NCBI GenBank assembly: GCA_963811105.1
Contig: CAWEPZ010000003.1
Span: forward strand, 1-64,000
Direction of reading: 5' to 3'
Length of the DNA stretch: 64,000 nucleotides
DNA from: Candidatus Bathyarchaeota archaeon
GTDB lineage: Archaea > Thermoproteota > Bathyarchaeia > Bathyarchaeales > Bathycorpusculaceae
Position numbers and translations under genes: made by a program
Part shown: positions 21,894-32,226 of the stretch, in pieces
How the letters are laid out: every line of letters begins with the position of its first letter
Position numbering within the stretch: the first letter of the stretch is position 1
Notes under the pieces: generated by a model
What the model was told of the DNA's origin: nothing
What the model saw: the letters and a program-made list of their open reading frames with translations, nothing else
The model's database searches: none

Positions 21894-21950
21894 TGTTTTT
21901 TCATCCTTTGAGGGTTCTCGCTAGCTCCACAAGTGAGCTGGGGTCGAGCC

Positions 21951-22163
21951 TAACTAGATGAAGGCTTCTGAGGTTGCGTAACGTTCACGTATTTTAGCCA
22001 GAAAGCGTTCAATGCGACGCTTATCAAGCCAAGAATACTGCAGACAGTAGCTTTGACCGCTGGGTCGATAGGTTGAGTTAGAAGAAACGCTGCGCCTACT
22101 CCAGCTGCTTCCGCAATTCCAAGAATCAACCCTTCCTCATTATTTGATAGAGTTGCCGCCTAA
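21951..22163 (-). CDS. Small two-TM protein (holin-like), start disrupted
   Basis: Manual translation AATLSNNEEGLILGIAEAAGVGAAFLLTQPIDPAVKATVCSILGLISVALNAFWLKYV. Confidence 0.45.
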
Positions 22164-22205
22164 ATTCACCAAACCTCAATACTTACTACTCAAACACATC
22201 AACTG

Positions 22206-22259
22206 GCTGAGCATTAATGTCTTGAGATTGCATTAGCGATACTAGCACTAATACACCAA
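22206..22259 (-). promoter_or_regulatory. Conserved viral late promoter/operator, copy 2
   Basis: 22214-22259 identical to 1321-1366; upstream of neck/tail operon. Confidence 0.75.
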
Positions 22260-22430
22260 TAAAACTGGATCATAATACGCGGCTTCTGGAGCCCCAAAAT
22301 TGCCTCCGTACCATCGGTTGTCCATTAGGGAACGAATTCTGGATTTATTGCCAAAAGAAAGCAGAGGAGTGGAGCGACCTGCGAAAGCGGGAGCGAAGCC
22401 GAGTATTTGAAAACTAAGTCCGAGACTTGT

Positions 22431-23303
22431 TCAATAAGGGTTTTCATATTTCAAAAAATGAATCGATAATATCGGTAACATCTCAAATAACATCAGCAAA
22501 ATTAGTTGTGATTTATACAAAAGCGTAAAATTATCAAAGAATTTAATGAATTCCTTGTCATTGAATTCCTTTTCAAAACTGTAGCCACCTTTATGATTAC
22601 TAAAAGAAATTTTCCAACCTTTTTCAAGTATGTTGATTGTAAATTGGGCATGTGCAGTTGAGTCTCTAATTGCCCTAACATCAGTTCTCCAATCGTTATA
22701 TTTACTTACTTTGCATTCGATTGAGCAAATTTCATAAGGGTCAAATTTGTCGCGAACTGGACTTCTGTCTATTGCTGATTTCAATTGGTCTAACAGTGCT
22801 TTTTCTATACTTTCAACACGGATTATGTGAACGAGTAATAAACCAGTTGCGCTAAGTGCATTGGACGAAAGGTGATTTGATTTACCTTTGTTTAATAGAT
22901 TCACTATTTTCTCGGAAATGCTATCGACTTCTTGAATTTTTGCCCAAGCATCACTGATTTTATCTCGGATTGAAAATGATGTTGAACTATTTTGAAGCTC
23001 CTTTAGAAGTTCAAAGTGTAAATCCCAAAAAAGACTAAGCTGTCGTGTAATATCTGGCTTGAAGTAAACAATAGCTTGTCCAAAACGTGCAAGTTGGTTT
23101 ATCTCTATTTTAAAAAGACTTGGTTTACTCGCATGTTTGATTCTCTCGATGAGTGTTTCCAGTTGAATTATGTATTCCATTAGTAACAGGTTGGGCGAAA
23201 TAGCAAACATTTGGTTGGCGAAATCGGTAAAATAATACAATCTATTGATACAAAAATTCTTAGCTTCCATGAACGTTAATTGGCTTTGTACACTCATACG
23301 CAA
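22431..23303 (-). CDS. Putative HEPN-domain protein
   Basis: Helical protein with RDSTAH (RxxxxH) motif near C-terminus; AT-rich cargo. Confidence 0.55.
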   Translation of the reverse strand: MRMSVQSQLTFMEAKNFCINRLYYFTDFANQMFAISPNLLLMEYIIQLETLIERIKHASKPSLFKIEINQLARFGQAIVYFKPDITRQLSLFWDLHFELLKELQNSSTSFSIRDKISDAWAKIQEVDSISEKIVNLLNKGKSNHLSSNALSATGLLLVHIIRVESIEKALLDQLKSAIDRSPVRDKFDPYEICSIECKVSKYNDWRTDVRAIRDSTAHAQFTINILEKGWKISFSNHKGGYSFEKEFNDKEFIKFFDNFTLLYKSQLILLMLFEMLPILSIHFLKYENPY

Positions 23304-23907
23304 GCAATTGTTATAAAATCTCTAATATGCTTTTGTTATTTTAGCTCAAGATGAAAGGGGCAACTGACATTTTCTTTCCAATAATAGAGGGTGCGGAAGG
23401 CGACCGCTTAGGGCGCTCTTCGCGGTGGCGTGAACGCCTCAGATTCTTAGGTACAGTCTTATGTCTCCTAGGGTGTCAGCGTGTTTATAGCCTCTAAGGA
23501 GTGCCTGTTTGATTGCTTGAATGTCGTTTGCTTTAACTTCAATTATGTGTGGTAAAGTTGCCCTTTGTGGGATTGGTAGTAACGGTTGTATTATCCTCTA
23601 CTATTTCGTTGCAGCAGTTCATTTCTGCTTCACGTTTAACTCTTATGAATTTGTACGCTTTCAAATAAGCTTCTTTAAGTTCTTCATCTGTCGGTAGGCT
23701 GTAAGCATCTCGACTATTTATCAGCTGGTACCAAAGCGAGCTGATATACCCACGTTATAAGCGAAGGAACCAAAACATGTAGTTATCTTTAAAGTTCTAA
23801 CTTCTTCGCAAAATGGCGAAAAGGTTCAGAGTTTCAATGAATGGCTGCTTCTACATCTCAAGAACACAAGAAAGAAAATGGATAAGTAGCCAAAAGTGCT
23901 GAATGCT

Positions 23908-25017
23908 TCATCGTTTTTTCTTGGCGATTAAAACAATGCTTGAAAGAACGATTAATCCAACGACTAACGCTATGGGCGTTAATTCTGGAACTGTTGGGCT
24001 CGGTGAGGGTGGGCTTGTTGGTTGGGTTGTTGCTGCTGGTTTTGGGGTGCTCGGTGGCTGTGTCGGAGCTGTTGTGGGTGCTGAAGTTGGTTGCGTTGTG
24101 GGACTTGATGTTTGGGTTGGAGCTATAGTTGGAGAAGGAGTATCAGTAGGGCTTGGTGTCGGAGTTGGCGTTGGAGAAGGTGTTGGCGATGCCGTTGGGG
24201 ATGGCGTCGGAGTTGGCGAAGGAGAGGGCGTTGGGGTAGTGGTAGGAGTTGGTGAGGGCGTTAGGGTTACAGTTGGTGTCGGCGAAGGCGTCACCGTTGG
24301 AGTTGGAGTAGGTGATGGATTTGGAGAGTCACTTTGAATCGAATACTCAAGAGACTGAACAGTTAACGTATAACTTCTCACAAGGGCTGATCTTGAAGTA
24401 TCATAAAGCCTAAGGAGAAAAGGGGCGATCTGGTTTGGTTGAAGGGTAGTGGGACTAGTGAAGGTGTATCCCTCAGCTACCACAATTCCCGCTTGGTCGT
24501 AAAACGTGCCGACAACCTGAACGTAAGTAGCGTTCGCCGATGCAACATTTTCAATCAGACCGTCAACATGCAGATAGCCATTACTGTCAAGGTAAGAGTA
24601 GTTAAAGCCAACTTTAAGGCCTGCAGGCAAAGCAGACGTAGTACTAAAAGAATAATATAGAGAATAATGGTCGACCTGACTAACAAAAACCGCATCACTG
24701 AAAAGCAAATCGAATGGTGAATAATCTCCCGAATTAAGTTTGCTCAACTCTGTATACGTATAGCCAGAGCCAACAAAAGTTCCATTCACACTGTAAAAAT
24801 AGGCTGTTATCTTAACATACATTAATGCTTGGCTTCCAACATTATGAACTTCACCAACAATGTGATAAGTGCCAATCGAATTAATGTAGGAACTGCTTGA
24901 GGTCAGCAATATGGGGTCAGCTGGGTCAGCGGCCTGCGTAGGTAAAACAACCCAAAGAGATGCAAATAAAAGGGCACATGTGATGAAGATAAGTACTTCC
25001 CAGAGAGGTTTTTTCAT
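23908..25017 (-). CDS. Cell-surface protein: two FxLYD-like domains, Pro/Thr stalk, VPEL + TM + KKR sorting tail
   Basis: Signal peptide; repeated [16 protein letters not shown] / [17 protein letters not shown]; PT repeats; PEF-CTERM-like end. Confidence 0.85.
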   Translation of the reverse strand: MKKPLWEVLIFITCALLFASLWVVLPTQAADPADPILLTSSSSYINSIGTYHIVGEVHNVGSQALMYVKITAYFYSVNGTFVGSGYTYTELSKLNSGDYSPFDLLFSDAVFVSQVDHYSLYYSFSTTSALPAGLKVGFNYSYLDSNGYLHVDGLIENVASANATYVQVVGTFYDQAGIVVAEGYTFTSPTTLQPNQIAPFLLRLYDTSRSALVRSYTLTVQSLEYSIQSDSPNPSPTPTPTVTPSPTPTVTLTPSPTPTTTPTPSPSPTPTPSPTASPTPSPTPTPTPSPTDTPSPTIAPTQTSSPTTQPTSAPTTAPTQPPSTPKPAATTQPTSPPSPSPTVPELTPIALVVGLIVLSSIVLIAKKKR

Positions 25018-25330
25018 ACGAAAATCTCTAAGGTTTTTTTTTGATTCATATGCAACTTTCCTTCTTCCAAATCAAATAGCCCTAAGTAGATTAATAATAC
25101 TTTAGAAATAGGGTATCTTCCGAATAGCAAGGTAAATACTTTATTCTCTTTAAACGTCTTTCAATCTTACTGTTAGTGTAGAGAGCTGGTGTGTTGGACG
25201 TAACCCGCCTTATGTTTGGATTTCTTGAATTAGATCAGCAAAATAGCGGTAGCTTCTGAGTGGGTCTTCTGCCACCCAAAACAGTCTTGTCCAATTCAGA
25301 TATCCGTATCAACGCTTGCCTCAGCAAGCG

Positions 25331-25441
25331 GGAACTCAGGCAGATGGCCACATAAGTCGCCATGGACCTTAGCGACAAACCCCATCCGCTGCACCTGATA
25401 CATGAACAGGATATCCGGTGTAACGCAAGCGTCATACTTGA
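25331..25441 (-). repeat. Diverged duplicate of glycosyltransferase 3' end (27148-27262)
   Basis: ~110-bp alignment with about 10 substitutions and 2 indels. Confidence 0.85.
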
Positions 25442-25583
25442 TCTGAAATTCCTTTTTTTCTCTCAGGTTTTAGTTTTCTTGGAATATTCTTCTCTAAGTG
25501 ATAAGTAATTTTCAAGAAAATATGAACCAAAACTCACTCCTTGGTTCAGAATAGACTTATATGTTTAGGGCATAAAGTAAATA

Positions 25584-25910
25584 ATGAAGAAGATGCCTGC
25601 TGAGATGTCTGCTATTGACGTAGTCACGATTTCTTTTGCATTGTCTTCAATTCTTATTGGGGCAGCTATCTTTCTTCTCGGTTTTTACATTTCCGACAGA
25701 AACAAGGGAATTCCGAAAGAGCAACGAAGCCCTTATAAATACTTGGTCCTGTCTCTAACGATTCCCTGTTACTTCATTATTGCTTATTCTCTGTTGTTAA
25801 TTATTAGTGAAGCGACAACTTCTTTTGGGGTATTTGCCGTTTTCTGTTCGGCTATTTCTTTGGTACCAGCGATAGCAATTAGTGCAATCATAATAACAAA
25901 CTGGAACTAG
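25584..25910 (+). CDS. Three-TM membrane protein
   Basis: Three hydrophobic segments. Confidence 0.7.
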   Translation: MKKMPAEMSAIDVVTISFALSSILIGAAIFLLGFYISDRNKGIPKEQRSPYKYLVLSLTIPCYFIIAYSLLLIISEATTSFGVFAVFCSAISLVPAIAISAIIITNWN

Positions 25911-25921
25911 GACGTGAAGGT

Positions 25922-26284
25922 TTGACAGGACGCAAACGCTCTGGAGATGCCTTGTCAACAATTCTACAAAACGAGAAAGTTTTCGACTTTATAGATTCAA
26001 AGAAGGAAGACCTTAGAAAGGTTTTTGCAGCTCTGGTGGATGCCTTTGAGCAACTTTTTCCCAACGCGCCTCTTAAGTTGGATATAATTGGAAATTTGAT
26101 ATGGGACGTAATCAAATATGAAAATAGGATTATTAACGTCTATATTTTGCATGACTTTGGAATGGAAAACTGGGGACACTACGGTGGACCGAACATAGTT
26201 TCAGAACGAATTATAGATGAAATATTTCAAGTTCTCGAGATCGATATTGGGGATATAAAGCTTAAGAGTCGCAGTCAAGAATAA
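25922..26284 (+). CDS. Hypothetical protein
   Basis: 120-aa ORF in apparent operon. Confidence 0.6.
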   Translation: MTGRKRSGDALSTILQNEKVFDFIDSKKEDLRKVFAALVDAFEQLFPNAPLKLDIIGNLIWDVIKYENRIINVYILHDFGMENWGHYGGPNIVSERIIDEIFQVLEIDIGDIKLKSRSQE

Positions 26285-26341
26285 AGATTAAATAACTTAA
26301 CTATACTTAGTTAACTTCTGTAAGAAGGCGAAGAGGCAAGA

Positions 26342-26929
26342 ATGGTAGTCAAACTAAGCGATAAAGAAATCGAAATTCTGCAATTCAAACGTAAAGGTCT
26401 CAAGAACAAACAAATTGCAGAAATGAAAGGTGTTTCTGAACCAGACATTAGTCAGACTTTGTCTCGCATAACCAAGAAAATAACTTCAATACAGGATGTC
26501 TTTGGGGTATTGCAAGATGTCGGGGTATTTAGAAATGATGTGGAAGTAGAGCTAACGGAAAGTGGTCGGACTTTTCTCAATAAGATAAACGAAACTCGAC
26601 CAGAGAGAGTTCATTTGGATAAAAATGGGTTAAATATTAAAAAAGCTGACAGACATCTTGAACCATCCGTTGAATTCAATGTTTCTAGAAAAACTGGGCC
26701 TCACAAGCGTTTCAGAGTGCAATGCCCCTGCGGCTATGGTCTTGGCACTTTCAATGACGAGAAAGCTGCCATAGTAAAGTTAAGATTGCATGTTGAACGT
26801 TTTCATATGGATTTTCTTCCTTTTGGAATTACTAACGCAGAGGCATTGACTCTGTTAAAGAAAGCAAGAGAAAACGAAGGAAGAGAAAAACAAGAAACAA
26901 AAAGTTTCGTCAAGCAAAATGCCCTTTAA
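26342..26929 (+). CDS. LuxR/sigma70-r4-type HTH regulator with C-terminal zinc finger
   Basis: LSDKEIEIL..GLKNKQIAEMKGVS; CPCG...LHVERFH. Confidence 0.75.
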   Translation: MVVKLSDKEIEILQFKRKGLKNKQIAEMKGVSEPDISQTLSRITKKITSIQDVFGVLQDVGVFRNDVEVELTESGRTFLNKINETRPERVHLDKNGLNIKKADRHLEPSVEFNVSRKTGPHKRFRVQCPCGYGLGTFNDEKAAIVKLRLHVERFHMDFLPFGITNAEALTLLKKARENEGREKQETKSFVKQNAL

Positions 26930-27085
26930 CTCAATGAAAGACATTGAGGTCTCAATAGAAACTAAGAAGTCATAGACCTGTCTTCCGCTTTCTTTTTAGT
27001 AACTTTACAAGGTTCAAAAGTCTTTTAAGCAGGCCGCATTTCGCAGCAACCACTAGTATCCTTTAAGAGAATTAGAGATAACTTT

Positions 27086-27700
27086 CTATTTATAATTTGG
27101 GATTTCTCTTTTTTGTGGTTCTCCTAAGTCCCCTGGCTCAGGAAGTGGGAATTCTGGCAGATGCCCACATAAAACATCGCCATGGACCTTAGCGACAAAA
27201 CCCATCCGCTGCACCTGCAAACATAAACAGGATATCCGGTGTAACGCATGGGTCAAACTTGAAACGGTAACCGCCCGCAAAGACGCATCTTTTGATTAAT
27301 AGGCAGCTTGTTCCCGCCATAACCCAGCCGCTAAGGATCTTGCCTTCAACAGCGTTTAGCGGTAAATACCAAACAGTCATGTTTTCATCTAGGAAACCCA
27401 AGAATTAAGCCTTGGCCGTTATGTCGACGCACAAACCCACAAGCAATATCAACATTTAAGCCGAGCAGCTTCTGAAAAGAACTAGGCGGAACCTGCACAT
27501 CTAACTCCACAAGCCACAAATGGCTATAGTCTCCGGAGAGAAACTTTTCTACAATAAGATTTTGGCACTCCACAAGGCCTGCCCACGGAAGTTTTACTTG
27601 AGGGCGGAGAAACAAAAACCTCATGATCCACACCTTGCAAAGCAGCCTCCACAAAAGTCAGAGTCGAAGCTAAATAGCCGTGGTAACGATCTTTATCATT
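27086..27700 (-). pseudogene. Glycosyltransferase family 2-like protein (frameshifted)
   Basis: DYSHLWLVELDV, VDIACG, AGTSCLLIKRCVF and VHGDVLCGHLPE motifs over three frames. Confidence 0.7.
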
Positions 27701-27719
27701 AAGGCTGGCGATGCCTACT

Positions 27720-28000
27720 AAGACTTTGATTTTTTGGAGGCTCTCTTTTTCAATTCTTTCGAGGCCTCTAAAGGGACTTCTAAGGGACCTGCAGGCGCCT
27801 TAATATTTCAACTGGAACGGGCTCAAAGCTTCCAGGAACGGCAGCCACAACCGGAACAGGATCCACACGCTCAAGCCATGCTTCACCCTCGTAATTTTCA
27901 GGCAAATCCACGATGTCACCGGGCTTGTAAACTGTGCCATTTGCGTCTGCAAATTCTTGACACTGATCCCTTGCCAGTTTTCAAACGAAACTTCACTCTT
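27720..28000 (-). pseudogene. Small post-capsid viral protein (frameshifted)
   Basis: VKFRLKTGKG...FADANGTVYKPGDIVDLPENYEGEAWLE by manual translation. Confidence 0.5.
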
Positions 28001-28100
28001 TCTCACCACCCTTCAAATATTACTGGATTTTGATACTTTTGTTTAACCCCGAAAAAAACAGGGGGAAAATAGATTACAGATTGCAGATACTGCAGATTTC

Positions 28101-28997
28101 TTAAGTTAGTCCTGTGAGTTCGCAGATGCTTTCTGCACGTTTTATTCGTGGGGCAACAACTTCGAAGACTTTGCATTTCAGATTCATGTCGTCGTCTTCT
28201 ATGGAGCGGACGTTCATGTCGCGGCCGATGACCATTTCGAAGTTGTCTTTGCCCAGTTCAAGAACCAGTGCACTTGTGGTTAAGCCGGCGCTTGTGAACA
28301 GACTATCACTGGTGTAGATGCCTGCAGGGAACAGCGGGTTTGCACCCTGAATGACATCAATCCATTTGGTAGCTGAACCCGAAACGAGGCCTCTTAGCTT
28401 CGCATTCCAAGCAGACCGCAAAACACAAGCATAGTTCTGCTTGTTGGTAAAGCCGTCTTCCTCAAGTTTCCCAACTGCATTGCTTAGGTCAGCTAAGGAA
28501 CCTGCAGGCCAAGCTGCGCCACTACTTTGAGTATTTCTACCTGTAGCGGTGGCTAAGCCTTCAATGCCTAAAGCTTTCCATCCAGCGTATTCGCCTGTGA
28601 TGAGTAGTTTGTCCTCTTCCTCGGCTACTTGTCTTGCTGCATCAATTGCTTCCTGTACATCAAGCGGCTGTCCACTGCTCGGCTAGCCTCCAGATCTCTC
28701 CAGTTGATTTTGAAGTTCTGATCTAGCACCGGCACAGTAATGTCAAAGGGTGTTTTCACTGAGCGGTCCTTGGACCCTGTTTGACCGTATAGGCTGATTC
28801 TTGCTTGCCCCTTACTTGTGCGCTTGTATCCGCGCATCGTTAAGAAGCCTGCGTGAGGTAAGGTCTCAACTGGGAACAGCTTACGACCGATCAATGCAGG
28901 TTGAACAGCTTCAGTTATCCGATCCTCAATGTACAGTTATTTCTTCGTCAGTTAGCTGAGCAGTATCCATATTTCCAACTCTTCTTAAAGATTGCAT
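28101..28997 (-). pseudogene. Major capsid protein, HK97 fold, encapsulin/Linocin-M18-like (two frameshifts)
   Basis: MQSLRRVG...LIGRKLFPV...FKINWRDLEAS..PLD...AARQVAEEEDKLLITG...GL; located after scaffold and cement genes. Confidence 0.85.
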
Positions 28998-29008
28998 GTT
29001 TAGTTCTC

Positions 29009-29485
29009 CTATGAGGCAGCAGCCGCGTCTGCAGCAGGCTTCCAGTGCACTAGAATTTTGGCGTCTGTTGTTACGTTGCTTGACTCCCAAGCGTAGCCGA
29101 TTACTCTACCCTGAGCACCCATAGCGCCAACTGCTAGTTTGGCAACTTTGCCATCTGCAGCAGTGACCAGTGGGTCGCCTCGAGTAACGTTCTCGGCAGC
29201 TAGGAGAGTTAGAACGCATATGCATTCGCCAAAAATCACAGGTACTTGATCGCCAACTGCATAAGCTTCAGTTACTTGTTTGTCAGCAACTACGTCAAGA
29301 ACACCACATTCGACACTTGCTTTAGCACCAGATTCCTTCACAGTTTGGTCAACAGCATCGAAGATAACAACGCGTCCAGGCAGCATATCTGCTGGAGTAG
29401 CAGCGGCGCCAACTTCCATCTCAATCGTCAATGGATCGCCTGCGGCGACGATTTGGTTGCTTGGTTTAACTATACCTTGCGGCAT
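29009..29485 (-). CDS. Capsid cement/decoration protein
   Basis: Ala/Gly/Val-rich, VTRGDPLVTAADGKV motif, immediately before MCP. Confidence 0.7.
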   Translation of the reverse strand: MPQGIVKPSNQIVAAGDPLTIEMEVGAAATPADMLPGRVVIFDAVDQTVKESGAKASVECGVLDVVADKQVTEAYAVGDQVPVIFGECICVLTLLAAENVTRGDPLVTAADGKVAKLAVGAMGAQGRVIGYAWESSNVTTDAKILVHWKPAADAAAAS

Positions 29486-29487
29486 AG

Positions 29488-29904
29488 CTAAGCAGCTCCC
29501 TTGCGTCTTCGGGCAGTTACTACACTTTGGTCGCCGATCGTCAGACCTTTTTCTCGGTCAGACATATCAGCACCATGCACGCCATAGCGGACACTGTTAA
29601 CTTTGGGAGGCATCGCCTGATCCAAAGTAGCCTTGATACTTTTCAAGTCGGCAATGCTTTTGCCTGCAAGATCAGCCACTTTGAATTGGCTCTTGGGCAA
29701 AATATCACCGATTAACTTAGACTTCTCTTGGCTTTCCAAAACCTTGTTAACCTCTTCAAGTTGTGCAGTCAAATCGCGATTCAATGCGTTAACGCGGTCT
29801 AATTCTTGCTTTTGACTCTCAATAGTACCCAATGCTTCGTCCAGATTCATTTGCATAACTGAGTTTTTTGGTTTTTTGTCGTCCACATTTGCTTCATTTG
29901 TCAA
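29488..29904 (-). CDS. Capsid scaffold protein
   Basis: Coiled-coil protein between protease and cement/MCP; likely TTG start near 29904. Confidence 0.6.
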   Translation of the reverse strand: MTNEANVDDKKPKNSVMQMNLDEALGTIESQKQELDRVNALNRDLTAQLEEVNKVLESQEKSKLIGDILPKSQFKVADLAGKSIADLKSIKATLDQAMPPKVNSVRYGVHGADMSDREKGLTIGDQSVVTARRRKGAA

Positions 29905-29939
29905 ATTTTTTTCCTGCCATTTATTTCCGCTATTTATAA

Positions 29940-30046
29940 CGCCCCGTCGTGGTGGCGAGTGCCCCATCCCGCACTAGTCATAACATTTTGTCGGCCTTTC
30001 GGCATGTTACTTAGAAGCCTACGTGAGTGCTCAAGCACATCACTAG
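29940..30046 (-). ncRNA. Candidate structured cis-RNA between protease and scaffold genes
   Basis: Hairpins GTGA(T)GTGC-TTGA-GCACTCAC; TAACAT..GCC-GAAA-GGC..ATGTTA; AGTGC..GCACT; CGCC..GGCG. Confidence 0.35.
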
Positions 30047-30079
30047 GTTGAAGAATCTCCTTAGTTTTGGCAGTTTTAT

Positions 30080-30835
30080 CTAGGTCACTGTGTCGTTGTT
30101 TTCTTGGACCCAAGCTTGAGCCTTCTCAGGAGTCCAGCCTTTAGACACTTCAAACAGGTATTCTCTTGTCGCAGCGTCTCCGGAAGCGAAACCGGAAGGC
30201 AAGAGGTTTTTCTTGAGTTTGCCAACTAGGGCATAGACGCCTTCCTTCGCGTTTACGGCTAAGGTGCTTAGGCGGCAAGCAAACAGAGACGGATCCAAAA
30301 CATTAACTCGCAGGAAGCCGTCGAAACTATCCATCTGCAACCCACAAAAAGGTGCAGGACATCGACCCTCAGGCACCCCGACAGCTACATGACCAAACAT
30401 TAGGTTTGTCTGCTTAAAATCGTAGGGCTCACCTGCAAAAGTGCCAGGAACACAGACGTCATCGCTGTAGTATGCGCAGCTCACGTCCTTGGAGAGTTCG
30501 CCTTTGCGAGCCCTCTCGAGCAAGGCCTCATCGCAAAGAGCCTTCATGAAGTAGACGTTCCCAAAGACGCTGTTAGTTTTTTCGTCAAAGGCAATGTCTT
30601 TGACTTTGCCACGAATTACCGCACGCTTGCGGACTTCAATCGTTGGGACATGGTTGTAAACCACAACCCAGGCGCCGTCTAGGGTGAATGCAGCAGCCTT
30701 CAACTCATCGGCTGGTTTGAAGCCGCGGCCATTGCAATAGTTGGAAACGCATTCTCGAGCAAGAATTGTCGGAACAATAACAGCAGTTTCTGTTTCTTGA
30801 ATCTTCTTTGAAGAGTCAAATTCAGTTTGAGCCAA
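30080..30835 (-). CDS. Capsid maturation protease, DUF2213-like
   Basis: VYNHVP, DVSCAY, GEPYDFKQTNLMFGHVAVG..GRC motifs. Confidence 0.8.
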   Translation of the reverse strand: MAQTEFDSSKKIQETETAVIVPTILARECVSNYCNGRGFKPADELKAAAFTLDGAWVVVYNHVPTIEVRKRAVIRGKVKDIAFDEKTNSVFGNVYFMKALCDEALLERARKGELSKDVSCAYYSDDVCVPGTFAGEPYDFKQTNLMFGHVAVGVPEGRCPAPFCGLQMDSFDGFLRVNVLDPSLFACRLSTLAVNAKEGVYALVGKLKKNLLPSGFASGDAATREYLFEVSKGWTPEKAQAWVQENNDTVT

Positions 30836-30842
30836 ACGAAGG

Positions 30843-32199
30843 TTAATCAGGTTTCTTTTTCCTCCTCAACCGTTTTGCAAGCCATAAATAAGCAGAATCC
30901 GATGATTCAGCCCCAGAACCATTGGAAGCCTTTGCATCAGTGCCCGTCTGTGTAGGCTGAGGAGGCGGTGGAGGCGCTTTCAAGCCTAAAACAACTTTGC
31001 CTGCCCCCTCGGGTAGAGGTAACTTGCCCTCTTCAGCTCGTATCTCATCGATAGTGCACCAGGCAGTTTGTAGGTTGTGAGCCTGGGCTAGCTGATACTC
31101 GATGGTTGCTTTCGCGACTTCATCAAGTTCAAAACCGGATGGCCAAACAATCTGGTAGTCGTTCACGCGGCGGATCTGGCCTGTTTCCATGAGGCGGTCG
31201 ATCAGGTTCCAGAGAATAGGTGTAGGTCCTGTCTCCTGCAGGGCAGCTATTCCACCCCAATATTCACGATCATTAACTTCACTCCCAGCAAGTGCTCCAG
31301 CGTTGGCGCCACGTAAATGAGAAACGGGAATCCTAGCTCCGCAACTCATGACTTTCCAGTGTGGACGTAATGTAGGGTTCAGGATTGACAGCTTTGCCGT
31401 TAATGCCCTTGAAGTCTAAGGTTGATTTGTCGTCATGCACAAAATGGGTGCGAGCATTTAGGGCTCTGAATTGTTGGCTGTTCTCAAAATCATCTAGCTG
31501 TTTTTTCTTGGCACCGTTGAGGGTAATGTCAGGGAACCCAGACCCGTACCTGACAAGGGTTTCGCCTAGTGCCCAACGTTCATTGCGATAAACTGTTGAG
31601 TCGTCGTAAATAACTTCTAGGCAGGATAAGCCTTTCCAGGGATGATCCAGCAGCCGAGTAGCGCAATGAATCGCCCTAGAATAATGGAACTTCTTTTCCA
31701 CTCCGGTAGTTGTTGAGCGCCTAAAAGTATAGAGAACAGGCAGCCCAAACCGTGGGCTATTTTCGTCTTTATCCTCATCGGTATAGGCTACACTGCAGGT
31801 AAACGAGGTGTAAGGGACGAGCTCACGGATCTCCCTGGGAGACTCGACAGGTTGGCTTGGATCCGCTCCATAATCAACGTAAGTGATGGCGAGGACTGCC
31901 CAGCCGAATAATCGTTCAAAAATAAGAAGCTGCCTTATGGCTGCCGTCGCGTTTAAGTCATCTAGGACCTTTGCAACTTCGCGGCTCCACTCTGGATCAG
32001 GTTTCTCAGCGACTTCCTCAACCGTAAAGCCCTTGCTAAACATATCATAGGGAACGTCAAAAACTAGTCGCTTTGAAACAGGTTCACGTTTAACACTGAA
32101 AAGCAAATCTTGCTCATTTAGCGGCTGCCCAAAACGAGCCTGCCAGGTAGCGCCAGAACCACGTACACCGTATGTATCCGTTGAATTAGCCCTCGCCAT
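30843..32199 (-). pseudogene. Portal protein, DUF1073-like (one frameshift near 31350)
   Basis: ERLFGWAVL, SPRFGLPVLY, FHYSR, IPVSHLRG and TIDEIRAE motifs. Confidence 0.85.
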
Positions 32200-32226
32200 A
32201 ATCAACCGTGAAATTAAGATCAATTA

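Noticed and set aside
24000-24330. Low-complexity repeat array and the 144-aa Gly/Val ORF at 23903..24337
   Set aside because: Antisense shadow of the Pro/Thr stalk of the surface protein
25331-27262. Possible DGR template/variable repeat pair
   Set aside because: Mismatches are not adenine-specific (they include C/T, G/C and indels) and there is no reverse transcriptase in the window
13664-32199. Widespread programmed frameshifting in structural genes
   Set aside because: Apart from the chaperone site, the indels checked lack slippery heptamers and occur in both directions
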